Origin: an uncultured bacterium
Lineage (GTDB): Bacteria; Pseudomonadota; Gammaproteobacteria; Burkholderiales; JACQAP01
Direction: 5' to 3'
Length of the DNA stretch: 64,000 bases
Assembly: GCA_965233135.1 (NCBI GenBank)
Contig: CBDDRM010000185.1
Span: 9,290 to 73,289, forward strand
Shown: positions 32,010-41,258 of the stretch, one piece after another
Position numbering within the stretch: the stretch's first letter is position 1
How the letters are laid out: each line of letters starts with the position of its first letter
The notes under the pieces: model-generated
The model's input: only the letters and a program-made list of their open reading frames with translations
What the model was told of the DNA's origin: nothing
Databases searched by the model: none
Made by a program: the position numbers and the translations under genes

Positions 32010-34058
32010 TCAGGGCAATGTGGGCGCGGGGAGACCGCTCAGGCTGGCGACCAGCGACATTAATTCGCGCGCCTCGAATGGTTTGGGCAAATGCGCCTGG
32101 TAGCCGGCCTGGATCGAGCGTATCCGATCGTCCGAACGGGCAAACGCCGTCAGCGCCACCGCCGGAGTGGTCACGCCGCGCTCGCGCAATGTGCGCATGA
32201 ACGAGTAACCGTCCTGCTCCGGCATTCCAATGTCGCTCACAATCACATTTGGCGCAAACGTCGGAATCAACTGCAGGGCTTCATTCGCCGATCCGGCCAC
32301 GGCAGGAACCGCCTCGCACGATGCCAGAAAGCGCTTGAGTAATTCCCGCGCGTCGGGCTCGTCATCTACGACAAGCACCCTGACGCCGCGCAATTGCAAT
32401 GGTGCCATGCCGGCGTCGGCGGCCGCGATCGTCGGCTGGGGCGCAGGAACTTCCTGGTCGCTGTTCCTGAGCGCCCGCATCGGCAGTTTGACAACGAATG
32501 TGGCACCATGGCCTTCGCCGGGGCTCGTCGCACTCACGGTACCACCGTGCATTTCCATGAGGCTTTTGACGATCGACAGTCCCAGTCCAAGGCCGCCGTG
32601 TTTTCGAGTCGGAGAACTGTCCGCCTGGCTGAAACGCGAAAACAGATTTGGCAGGAAATCCGCGCGGATTCCCTGACCGGTATCGGTAACGCTTATCGCC
32701 AGATCCGACCCCTGCCGTTCCAGCGCCACGCGCACCGTGCCATCCTTGTCGGTGAATTTGATGGCATTGGTCAGCAGATTCCAGAACACTTGCTGCAGCC
32801 GGCTCGGATCGCCGCTGACCAGACTGGCCCGCGCATCCATGAACTTTTCCAGCTTGATGCCTTTGGCCTCCGCTGCCGGGCTGACCGATTCCATGGCGGC
32901 GTCGATGATTTCCTCGACGTCGACCTTCTGTATGTCAAGCCGGACTTTGCCGGAGATGATGCGACTGACATCGAGCAGATCTTCGATCAGCTGCGTTTGA
33001 AGGCGAACGTTGCGGTCGATGACCCCGAGTGCATGGGCCAGTGTTTTTGGATCGTCCTTCCCCGCGAGCAGCAATTGCGTCCAGCCGAATATCGCATTGA
33101 GCGGGGTGCGCAATTCGTGACTGAGTGTTGCCAGGAATTCATCCTTGACCGCGCTCACGCGCTCGGCCTCCTGGCGCGCGGCGCGCTCGCCGTCGAGCAG
33201 CAAACGCCGTTCCTCGGCGCCGAGTTTTTCTTGCGTGATGTCCCGCGTCGTACCCTCGAAGCGCGTGGCGTCGCCGTTCGTGTCGTAGAAGGTCCGACCC
33301 ACGGCACGTACCCAGCGGATGCGCCCGTCCGGGGCTACCGTGCGATACTCGATATCATATTTCTTTCCTTCATAGACGCACTCATGTACCGCGCGGCGGG
33401 TGCGTTCACGGTCATCGGGATGCAGCAGTTCATAAAACGCGTCGAACGTGATGCCCTGAAATTCGGGACCGACCCAAAAATGGGCTTTGCAGCGGTCATT
33501 CCAGAATATTTTCCCCTCTGGCAGCTCGCAGTGGAAGGTGCCGAGTTCGGACGCTTCCACGGCCAGTTCAAGCTGCAACTGGAGTTCACGCGCCGTCTGT
33601 TCGGCTTGCCGGATGGCATCGATCTGGTCGCGAATCTGATACTGGCGCAAACGGCCGCGGATTGCGCCTTGCATAGCGCTGGCCAGCGAGCGCATCGGCG
33701 CGGGGCGTTCCAGTACCGTCACATTGCGCAGCGACGCCATCATGCGCTGGCCGGCAGGGGAATCGATGGCGCCTGGCATCATGATGACCACCGGGAGTTC
33801 CGACCATGCCGGCTGATTGTCGAGTGCAAAGAGCAGCGCGTTGACACCCTCGGCGGTGAATACTTCATCGGTGAGCAGCAGCGCGCCAGCACCCGCGGCG
33901 AGCTCGCGGTTTAATTCGTGCAGGGTGCGCAGCGGGCAACATTCCAGCCCGGCTTTTGCCAATATGCGGGCGGTGATCTCGCCATCGCGAGCCGTAGGCG
34001 CCAGCAGCAGCACGCGAGTGTCATTGCGCGCAATCGAAACCGAATCCGTTCGCATCAT
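32010..34058 (-). CDS. Hybrid sensor histidine kinase (degenerate receiver - PAS/PAC - HisKA - HATPase_c - receiver)
   Basis: H-box ATLSHELRTPLNAI, N-box WNLLTNAIKFT, G-boxes DTGQGI and GGLGLGLSIV. The C-terminal receiver has VLVVDDEPD...VSDIGMP...LTA...LPKP. The N-terminal ~125 aa are receiver-like but lack the acidic pair and the conserved Lys. The start overlaps the stop of the upstream KaiC-like gene (ATGA). Confidence 0.92.
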   Translation of the reverse strand: MMRTDSVSIARNDTRVLLLAPTARDGEITARILAKAGLECCPLRTLHELNRELAAGAGALLLTDEVFTAEGVNALLFALDNQPAWSELPVVIMMPGAIDSPAGQRMMASLRNVTVLERPAPMRSLASAMQGAIRGRLRQYQIRDQIDAIRQAEQTARELQLQLELAVEASELGTFHCELPEGKIFWNDRCKAHFWVGPEFQGITFDAFYELLHPDDRERTRRAVHECVYEGKKYDIEYRTVAPDGRIRWVRAVGRTFYDTNGDATRFEGTTRDITQEKLGAEERRLLLDGERAARQEAERVSAVKDEFLATLSHELRTPLNAIFGWTQLLLAGKDDPKTLAHALGVIDRNVRLQTQLIEDLLDVSRIISGKVRLDIQKVDVEEIIDAAMESVSPAAEAKGIKLEKFMDARASLVSGDPSRLQQVFWNLLTNAIKFTDKDGTVRVALERQGSDLAISVTDTGQGIRADFLPNLFSRFSQADSSPTRKHGGLGLGLSIVKSLMEMHGGTVSATSPGEGHGATFVVKLPMRALRNSDQEVPAPQPTIAAADAGMAPLQLRGVRVLVVDDEPDARELLKRFLASCEAVPAVAGSANEALQLIPTFAPNVIVSDIGMPEQDGYSFMRTLRERGVTTPAVALTAFARSDDRIRSIQAGYQAHLPKPFEARELMSLVASLSGLPAPTLP

Positions 34059-35548
34059 TGCGTTCGTGAGGAACTTGGCGCGCCCGCTTCCTCGGGGACC
34101 CCTGTCAGAATGCCGCGCAGCTGGGTGAGTGGCTCGCTCAGCGTGATCCCGGCGCTGCCGAATCGCAGTTCGCGAATGGTTTCCTCGTGCGCGCCGCTGC
34201 GTTTTTTGACGACCGAGACGGCTTTCTTGACCTTGCCAGCGTGCTCGAAGAAGCGCAGCAGGATCACGGAGTCTGCCAGGTAGCTGGTGTCCACGGGGCT
34301 CGACATGTGCGATCCGACCAGGCCGTGCTGGGCCGCGACCATCAGCGTGGTCACCCCCAGTCGCCCCAGATAGCTCAGCATCTCGTGCAACTGGTTGATG
34401 AGAAATCGCTCATCCGGCATTGCATTCAGATAGCCGTTGAGGCTGTCGATGACGACGACTTTGGCGTTGTCGCGCTCGACACTGTCCCGGACCAGTTGCA
34501 CGAACTCGCCCGGGGAAAGTTCTGCCGGATCGATCTGTCGCAGCGTTATCTGACCTGCGCCGCGGCCTTCCTCAAACTTGATACCCAAGCTCCCGGAACG
34601 CAGTTTCAGCGTGTGCACGCTCTCGTCGAAAGCAAAGATGGCGGCGTGATCGCCGCGCTGCGCCGCGGCCACGGCATACTGGACTGCGATGGTGGATTTT
34701 CCCGAGCCCGCCGGGCCGAGCAGCAACGTGCTGGTTCCGCGCTCGGGCCCGCCGCCAAGCAGCGTATCGAGGGGGGTGATTCCGCTTCTGATCGGTCCCA
34801 TGGCAAATGCATCGCCATGCTCCGCGGCAATAAGCCGGGGATAGACCACCAGACCGCCGCGCAGAATCGTAAAATCATGGTATCCGCCGCGGTATTCCGA
34901 CCCCCTGATCTTCATCACCCGCAGGCGCCGGCGCGCGGTGCCATAGAGCGGCGCGTGCTGTTCCAGCGAAATAACCCCGTGCGCAATGCTTTGCAGTTGC
35001 AGATCCGAATCTTCGGAAGTGTGGTCGTCGAGCAGCAGAACCGTGCATTGCCGGCCGATGAAAAAGGATTTTAGCGCGAGTATCTGCCTGCGGTAGCGCA
35101 GGGAACTTTGCGCGAGCAGGCGCAGTTCGGACAGCGAGTCGAAAACCACACGTTGCGGGTTGACGCGGGCGACGGCATCCAGAACTCTGCCGACGGTCGC
35201 GGCGAGTTCGACTTCTGACTGCGAGAACATGGTTACCTGCGATTCGCTGTCCAGTTCCGCCTCGTTGGCAGCCATTTCGACGACGTCGATGCCGTCGAGC
35301 GACCAGCCGTGGGACCGCGCTCCCTCGAGCAGTTCTTCCCTGGTTTCCGACAGTGTTACGTAGAGGCATTTCTCTCCGGCCTTTACGCCTTCGAGCAGAT
35401 ATTGCAGCGACAGCGTCGTTTTGCCGGATCCCGGGTCGCCGTCCAGAAGATACAGACGGCGGCTGGGCAATCCACCGCTCAAAATGTCGTCCAGACCGGG
35501 CACCCCGGTGCGCGAACGCTCGATTGCAATACTGTCCGTCTTCGCCAT
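34055..35548 (-). CDS. kaiC: KaiC-family ATPase (two tandem RecA/KaiC domains)
   Basis: Domain 1: GVPGLDDILSGGLP...LLDGDPGSGKTTLSLQYL. Domain 2: TPLDTLLGGGPERGTSTLLLGPAGSGKSTIAVQYA. The C-terminal segment DTSYLADSVILLRFFEHAGKVKKAVSVVKKRSGAHEETIRELRF is colinear with the KaiC CII phosphosite region. The start is taken at MAKTDSIAI (35548). Confidence 0.88.
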   Translation of the reverse strand: MAKTDSIAIERSRTGVPGLDDILSGGLPSRRLYLLDGDPGSGKTTLSLQYLLEGVKAGEKCLYVTLSETREELLEGARSHGWSLDGIDVVEMAANEAELDSESQVTMFSQSEVELAATVGRVLDAVARVNPQRVVFDSLSELRLLAQSSLRYRRQILALKSFFIGRQCTVLLLDDHTSEDSDLQLQSIAHGVISLEQHAPLYGTARRRLRVMKIRGSEYRGGYHDFTILRGGLVVYPRLIAAEHGDAFAMGPIRSGITPLDTLLGGGPERGTSTLLLGPAGSGKSTIAVQYAVAAAQRGDHAAIFAFDESVHTLKLRSGSLGIKFEEGRGAGQITLRQIDPAELSPGEFVQLVRDSVERDNAKVVVIDSLNGYLNAMPDERFLINQLHEMLSYLGRLGVTTLMVAAQHGLVGSHMSSPVDTSYLADSVILLRFFEHAGKVKKAVSVVKKRSGAHEETIRELRFGSAGITLSEPLTQLRGILTGVPEEAGAPSSSRTQ

Positions 35549-35715
35549 GTCCTGCTCAATCCCTCTCAAGTTCGTTATGCTCTCGCGGGCGGTAACCCAA
35601 ATGGACCGCGATTCTGGCTCGGAAGTTTCCCCCGCGGCAACACCAGCGCGACCGGCAATCAAAGTTTTCCTTTTGCCGCAGGTGTTTGGTATGGTTGCCT
35701 GCTTTGGGAGGGGGC

Positions 35716-37146
35716 ATGAGCGGTTTCACGGAGTACGAACGCTATGATGGGCTGGGGCTGGCCGACCTGGTGCGTCGCAAGCAGGTCTCGCCCTTCGAAT
35801 TACTTGACGCCGCCATCGAACGCGTCGAGGCGCGCAACCCGGCGGTAAACGCGGTGATCATGAAATTGTATGATTACGGCAGACAAGCCATCGGCACTAG
35901 CACCAATGGGCCGTTCGGCGGAGTTCCTTTTCTGATGAAGGATCTGACCTCGCCAGTCGCCGGGGTGCGCATGACGCGAGGGTCGAGGTTTTTCGCCAAC
36001 ACGCCACCCTCGCCGATGGATAGCGAGCACGTGAAGCGGTTGAAGCGTGCCGGTCTGGTCATTTTCGGTCGTACCAACACCTGCGAGCTCGGCCTGTCGC
36101 TGACGTGCGAACCGCAACTATACGGTCCGACGCGCAACCCCTGGAATCTCGCCCACATCTCGGGGGGCTCCAGTGGTGGTGCAGCCGCTGCGGTGGCCGC
36201 GCGCATGCTGCCGATGGCGCACGCTTCCGATGGATTTGGTTCGATCCGTGCGCCGGCTGCCTGTTGCGGGCTCGTCGGCCTCAAACCCACGCGCAGCCGC
36301 AACACCTTTGCGCCTTTCGCCGGAGAAGGGCTCGGCGGCGTTTCGACCGAGCACGCCGTGACGCTGAGCATTCGCGATAGCGCCGCGCTGCTCGACGCCA
36401 CCGCCGGCCCCGGTCTTGGCGACCCTTACGCCGTGGCGCCGCTGGCGCGCCCGTTGCTGCAGGAAGCAGGGGCGCACCCTGGCAAACTTAGGATCGCATG
36501 GACCGCTGCGGCTCCCAACGGTGCCAAAATCGATGCGCAATGCCTGAAGCTGCTGGCTTCGACCGTCGCACTTTGTGCCGATCTCGGACATACCGTCGAG
36601 GAGTGCGATCCGGATGTCGACGGCGCGTCCATCGTGCCAACTTTTCTGACGCTGGCATCGGCCAATACTGTCGTGAACCTTGCCGGACATCCGACGGCGG
36701 GTCGCGCGGCGCGCGCGGACGAGGTCGAACGTATCACCTGGCTGACCGCAAAGATGGGCGAAAAAATCGGAGCGGCGGATTATGTTCGCGCCACGCAGTC
36801 TGCGCACCGTCTCGGGCGCCAGATGGCGGCTTTCCACGAGCAGTGGGATGTGCTGCTGACGCCCGGGCTCGCGTCTCCCGCCGTCAAACTCGGCTGGCTC
36901 GACATGATGATGGATGATGTGGACGAGTATTGGCGGCGCGTGTTCGAGTTTTCCCCGTTCACGGTGTGGTTCAATCTGACTGGCCAACCCGGACTCATGC
37001 TCCCGCTCGGTCAGAGCCAGGACGGTTTGCCTCTGGCCGTGCAACTCGTCGCGCGTTTCGGCGACGAGGCGACCTTGATCCGGCTTGGCAGCCAGCTCGA
37101 GGCGGCACGTCCCTGGTTTAATCGCAAGCCCACGCTCGCGGCATGA
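35716..37146 (+). CDS. Amidase (amidase-signature family)
   Basis: AS signature GGSSGGAAAAVAARMLPMAHASDGFGSIRAPAACCGLVGLKPT. About 476 aa from MSGFTEYE. Confidence 0.88.
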   Translation: MSGFTEYERYDGLGLADLVRRKQVSPFELLDAAIERVEARNPAVNAVIMKLYDYGRQAIGTSTNGPFGGVPFLMKDLTSPVAGVRMTRGSRFFANTPPSPMDSEHVKRLKRAGLVIFGRTNTCELGLSLTCEPQLYGPTRNPWNLAHISGGSSGGAAAAVAARMLPMAHASDGFGSIRAPAACCGLVGLKPTRSRNTFAPFAGEGLGGVSTEHAVTLSIRDSAALLDATAGPGLGDPYAVAPLARPLLQEAGAHPGKLRIAWTAAAPNGAKIDAQCLKLLASTVALCADLGHTVEECDPDVDGASIVPTFLTLASANTVVNLAGHPTAGRAARADEVERITWLTAKMGEKIGAADYVRATQSAHRLGRQMAAFHEQWDVLLTPGLASPAVKLGWLDMMMDDVDEYWRRVFEFSPFTVWFNLTGQPGLMLPLGQSQDGLPLAVQLVARFGDEATLIRLGSQLEAARPWFNRKPTLAA

Positions 37147-37311
37147 CGTAGGGATGGCTCCGGCGTGAAGCATCGAGCTTTCCCCAGAGATGGGCCGGTG
37201 GGGCACCGGCGTCAGCCTGGGGATGTCTTGCCCCCGAAGATTGTTTGCTCCACTCGACACGTGAGCGCCAACTGATCTGACATCGGGCGGCGCGCCGAAG
37301 GAACCAGAGAA

Positions 37312-38031
37312 ATGACTGACAAGTTTTCCGGACAGGTTGTCCTGGTGGCGGGCGGTACGGGCGCGTTGGGCCGCGCGGTGAGTCTCGCATTTCTGCGCGC
37401 CGGCGCTGTGGTCGCGGTCACCTATCTTGAACAGCACGAATTCGATACGCTAGCGCGAGACGCCGGCACCCACGGCGCACGGCTGCACGGCCATATTGCT
37501 GATGCGACGGACGAGCGGGGGGTTGCCCAGGTGCTCGCGCACATCATCGCCGAGCAAGGGCCGCTCGATGCGCTCGTGAACGCCGTCGGGGGTTACGCGG
37601 GTGGCGTCAATTTATGGGAGACGCCCGCCGGAGTGCTCGACCGGATGCTCGCGCTCAACCTGCGATCGGGCTACGCATTGGCGCGAGCTGCGATTCCCGC
37701 AATGCTCGAACGCGGGCGCGGTGCCATCGTCAATGTAGCTGCCAAAGCCGCGCTCGATGCGGTAGCAGGTGCCGCTTCCTATGCGGCGTCGAAGTCCGCC
37801 GCGCTGGTGCTGTTCGATTCCCTGGCAGCGGAAGTCAGGGGCAGGGGTCTGCGGGTCAACACGGTCTTGCCCAGCGTCATCGACACCCCGGCGAACCGCA
37901 GCGCGATGCCGCAGGCGGATTTTTCGGCCTGGCCGAAACCCGATCAGATCGCACAAGTCGTCCTGTTTCTCTGCAGCGACGATGCCAGCGTGATTCATGG
38001 CGCGGCCATTCCGGTTTACGGCAATCGCTAA
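37312..38031 (+). CDS. SDR-family oxidoreductase
   Basis: VAGGTGALGRAV (TGxxxGxG), NAVG and YAASKSA (YxxxK). 239 aa. Confidence 0.88.
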   Translation: MTDKFSGQVVLVAGGTGALGRAVSLAFLRAGAVVAVTYLEQHEFDTLARDAGTHGARLHGHIADATDERGVAQVLAHIIAEQGPLDALVNAVGGYAGGVNLWETPAGVLDRMLALNLRSGYALARAAIPAMLERGRGAIVNVAAKAALDAVAGAASYAASKSAALVLFDSLAAEVRGRGLRVNTVLPSVIDTPANRSAMPQADFSAWPKPDQIAQVVLFLCSDDASVIHGAAIPVYGNR

Positions 38032-38109
38032 AAAGCTTTCCCAGGGCATCGACGCTCGATGTCGCGACTGCGCGACGGGGTCCGCCTGACCGGACAAGGC
38101 GCCATCGCC

Positions 38110-39339
38110 CTAGCGATGGTTTTTGGCATCGGGTGCGGGCATGCCGAATTCGCGCTGGCATATCTGCGCGAGGCGCTTCACGCCTTCGCGGATGACCTGC
38201 TCCGGAGGATGGGCAAAACACAGGCGCAAGCGGCTTCTGCCTTCTTCGGCATCGGTCATCCATTCCGCTCCGGGATTGATCGCCACGCCGGATTGCAACG
38301 CCGCCTGCGCCAGGCGCGTGGTGTCCACCCCGGCCGGCAGCTTCACCCATAGGAAAATGCCGCCGGCGGGATAGTTGATCTCGGCGCGCGCGCCGAACTG
38401 CTCGCGCAGTGCGTCCACCAGTATGTCGAGTTTGTGGCGCAAGGTCTTGCGCAGCGCGCGCACATGGGAATCGAAATGATCCCGGCAGTATTCCGCGAGG
38501 ATCATCTGATCGATCGCTCCGGATCCGCCGTCGTTCTTGATCGCGAGTATGCGGCTTAGCAAGGGCCACGCGGCGACGAGGTAGCCGATGCGCAGTGCCG
38601 GAGCAATCGATTTGGAGAACGAGCCGATATGAATGACGCGACCGTCGTTGCTCAGGGCGTGCATCGCGCGCGGCCGCTTGCCATCCCATACGAGATCTGC
38701 GTAGCACTCGTCTTCGAACACGGGCACGCCATATTCTTCAGACAATGCGAGGATTTCGGCGCGCCGCGATTCGCTCATCACCGTCGCGGTCGGATTCTGC
38801 ACGGTGGGAATCGTGTAGACATACTTTGCCCGGATGCCGCGCCGCTTCAGATCGGCCAGGGTGCTGCGCAGTGCAGTTGCGCTCAGGCCATCTTGATCCA
38901 CCGCGACCCCGACGATATTGACACTCAGACGCTGCAGGCGGGTGATGGCGCCGCCGTAGGTCATTTGCTCGACGATGACCGTGTCGCCGGGGGCCAGCAG
39001 CACCGCATTGACCAGATCGAGACCTTGCAGCGAGCCGGAAGTGATCAGCACGTCATCCGCCGTGCAGACGATGCCTGCATCCTGCGCGAGTTTGCGAGCG
39101 ACGAATTCGCGCAGCGGCCGATAACCCAGGGGACCGCTCGCGAGACCGTAGGTCGACAGGGTTTTGCCCTCGCGCCCGAGCACCGAAGCAGCCGCGGCAA
39201 TCAGGCCGTCAACCGGTACGCTGTCGGCATCATTGTGCCCGCCGACGAAATTGTATTCGGGAAATCCGGTCCAGCGCGCGGAAGCGGGCGGAAGATCCGG
39301 GCGCAATAGTTCAGCGTAATCAAACGGGCGTACGGCCAT
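38110..39339 (-). CDS. PLP-dependent aminotransferase (class I/II fold, 2-aminoadipate/aromatic aminotransferase-like)
   Basis: 409 aa with GSFSKSIAPALRIGY (PLP-lysine context), YTIPTVQNPT and SGAIDQ motifs. Confidence 0.86.
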   Translation of the reverse strand: MAVRPFDYAELLRPDLPPASARWTGFPEYNFVGGHNDADSVPVDGLIAAAASVLGREGKTLSTYGLASGPLGYRPLREFVARKLAQDAGIVCTADDVLITSGSLQGLDLVNAVLLAPGDTVIVEQMTYGGAITRLQRLSVNIVGVAVDQDGLSATALRSTLADLKRRGIRAKYVYTIPTVQNPTATVMSESRRAEILALSEEYGVPVFEDECYADLVWDGKRPRAMHALSNDGRVIHIGSFSKSIAPALRIGYLVAAWPLLSRILAIKNDGGSGAIDQMILAEYCRDHFDSHVRALRKTLRHKLDILVDALREQFGARAEINYPAGGIFLWVKLPAGVDTTRLAQAALQSGVAINPGAEWMTDAEEGRSRLRLCFAHPPEQVIREGVKRLAQICQREFGMPAPDAKNHR

Positions 39340-39598
39340 GCGGTCTCCTTGAAGCTTTGGCGCCGGATGCCCCGGCGCGTGCGAATCGAATCTTTCCCTT
39401 GGGACGGCGCCTATCGTACCCTGAACCTCCGCCGCATCCGGTCGCGCGATGCACAGCGCTGCAACGACTTGAGCTGGCGCTTGCGATTGTCAGCTTACCC
39501 GGGCCTGGGCAAGGGTCTGAAGGCGGATCATCGCCGCCGCGCATTACAATGACGCACCCCGTCATCGAACTTATAGCGGCTTCCAGCCTCCCAACAAT

Positions 39599-41188
39599 AT
39601 GCAAAGTTTGCGCTTCGATAATCGTTTTGTGCGGGAACTGCCGGCCGATCCAGAGACAGGTCCGCGCCGGCGTCAGGTGCACCGCGCGTTGTATTCCCGC
39701 GTGGATCCAACGCCCGTGGCCCAGCCCCGTCTGATTGCCTATTCAACCGAAGTCGCCGCATTGCTTGGAATCAGCCAGGCGGAAATAGAATCCGAACATT
39801 TCGCAAGGGTGTTCGGCGGCAATGCCCTCGTCGAGGGCATGCAACCCTACGCGGCAAACTACGGCGGGCACCAGTTCGGGCAATGGGCCGGCCAGCTAGG
39901 CGATGGCCGCGCGATAACGCTCGGCGAGATCATCAGCCCGGCCGGCGAGCGCTGGGAGCTGCAATTGAAGGGCGCAGGGAGGACCCCGTATTCGCGCAGT
40001 GCCGATGGTCGCGCGGTCTTGCGCTCGTCGATCCGCGAGTTCCTGTGCAGCGAGGCCATGCACCACCTCGGCGTTCCCACGACCCGGGCGTTAAGCCTGG
40101 TCGCGACCGGGGAGACCGTCGTGCGCGACATGTGCTACGACGGGCATCCGCGCGCCGAACCCGGAGCGATTGTGTGTCGCGTGGCGCCTTCCTTCATTCG
40201 TTTCGGCAATTTCGAACTGCCCACATCACGCGACGACATCGAACTGCTGGACAAGCTGATCGATTTCACCATTCGCCGCGATTTTCCCGAATTGTCCGCG
40301 CCAGCCAGCGCTGCTGACGATGCATCGCCCCTGGGTGCCGAAGTGCGGGAGGAATGGTTCACGCAGGTGTGCGAACGCACGGCGCGCATGGTCGCGCACT
40401 GGATGCGCGTAGGATTCGTGCACGGGGTCATGAACACGGACAACATGTCGATCCTGGGCCTTACGATCGACTATGGCCCCTATGGCTGGATCGATGATTT
40501 CGATCCCGACTGGACACCCAATACCACCGATGCGCAGGGGCGCCGCTACCGCTTCGGCCAGCAGGCACAGGTCGCCTACTGGAATCTGGGCCAGTTTGCC
40601 AACGCGCTCGCCCCGGCCTTTGCCAGTGCCGAGCCGCTGCATGCGGGGCTAGGGCGCTTCGTGGACGCGTTCAATGCCGCGGCGACTCAGAACATCGCCG
40701 CGAAGCTGGGACTGCTCGAGTGCACTGAAGACGACCACGAGCTCATGCAGGCCCTGCATTCGCTGCTGGTGCTAGGCGAAGTCGACATGACGTTGTTCTT
40801 CCGCGGGCTGGGCGAGGTCGATCCCGCCAACCCGTCGCTTGCGCCACTGGAGGCTGCCTTTTATGACCCCACGAAACGCCGCGAGACCGGCCCTGGCTTC
40901 GATCGCTGGTTGCAGCGTTATGCCGCGCGCGTCCAGCGCGATGCGCTGCCGTTGGCCGAGCGGCGCGCACGCATGCAGGCCGTGAACCCACGTTACGTTC
41001 TGCGCAATTATCTTGCACAACAGGCCATCGACCGAGCTGAGCAGGGGGATAATGCAGGGATCCAGGAATTGCTCGATGTGTTGCGCCGCCCTTATGACGA
41101 TCAGCCTGGCCGCGAGCAGTTTGCGCAGCGTCGGCCCGACTGGGCGCGCAATAAGGCGGGCTGCTCGATGTTGTCATGCAGTTCGTAA
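39599..41188 (+). CDS. selO: Protein adenylyltransferase (AMPylase) SelO/YdiU
   Basis: [19 protein letters not shown]-terminus, [44 protein letters not shown] and [20 protein letters not shown]. Confidence 0.92.
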   Translation: MQSLRFDNRFVRELPADPETGPRRRQVHRALYSRVDPTPVAQPRLIAYSTEVAALLGISQAEIESEHFARVFGGNALVEGMQPYAANYGGHQFGQWAGQLGDGRAITLGEIISPAGERWELQLKGAGRTPYSRSADGRAVLRSSIREFLCSEAMHHLGVPTTRALSLVATGETVVRDMCYDGHPRAEPGAIVCRVAPSFIRFGNFELPTSRDDIELLDKLIDFTIRRDFPELSAPASAADDASPLGAEVREEWFTQVCERTARMVAHWMRVGFVHGVMNTDNMSILGLTIDYGPYGWIDDFDPDWTPNTTDAQGRRYRFGQQAQVAYWNLGQFANALAPAFASAEPLHAGLGRFVDAFNAAATQNIAAKLGLLECTEDDHELMQALHSLLVLGEVDMTLFFRGLGEVDPANPSLAPLEAAFYDPTKRRETGPGFDRWLQRYAARVQRDALPLAERRARMQAVNPRYVLRNYLAQQAIDRAEQGDNAGIQELLDVLRRPYDDQPGREQFAQRRPDWARNKAGCSMLSCSS

Positions 41189-41258
41189 TCCAATCCGGCA
41201 GCCCGGCCGGCGGGGCAGATCCAAATCTGTCACGTATAAAGTAACACGGAGACTCATC

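Noticed and set aside
41013-41258. Upstream part of the 178-aa ORF 41013-41549, which overlaps the 3' end of selO.
   Set aside because: The overlap region translates to Cys/Arg-rich sequence inside the well-supported selO frame. A good SD precedes the internal ATG at 41259.
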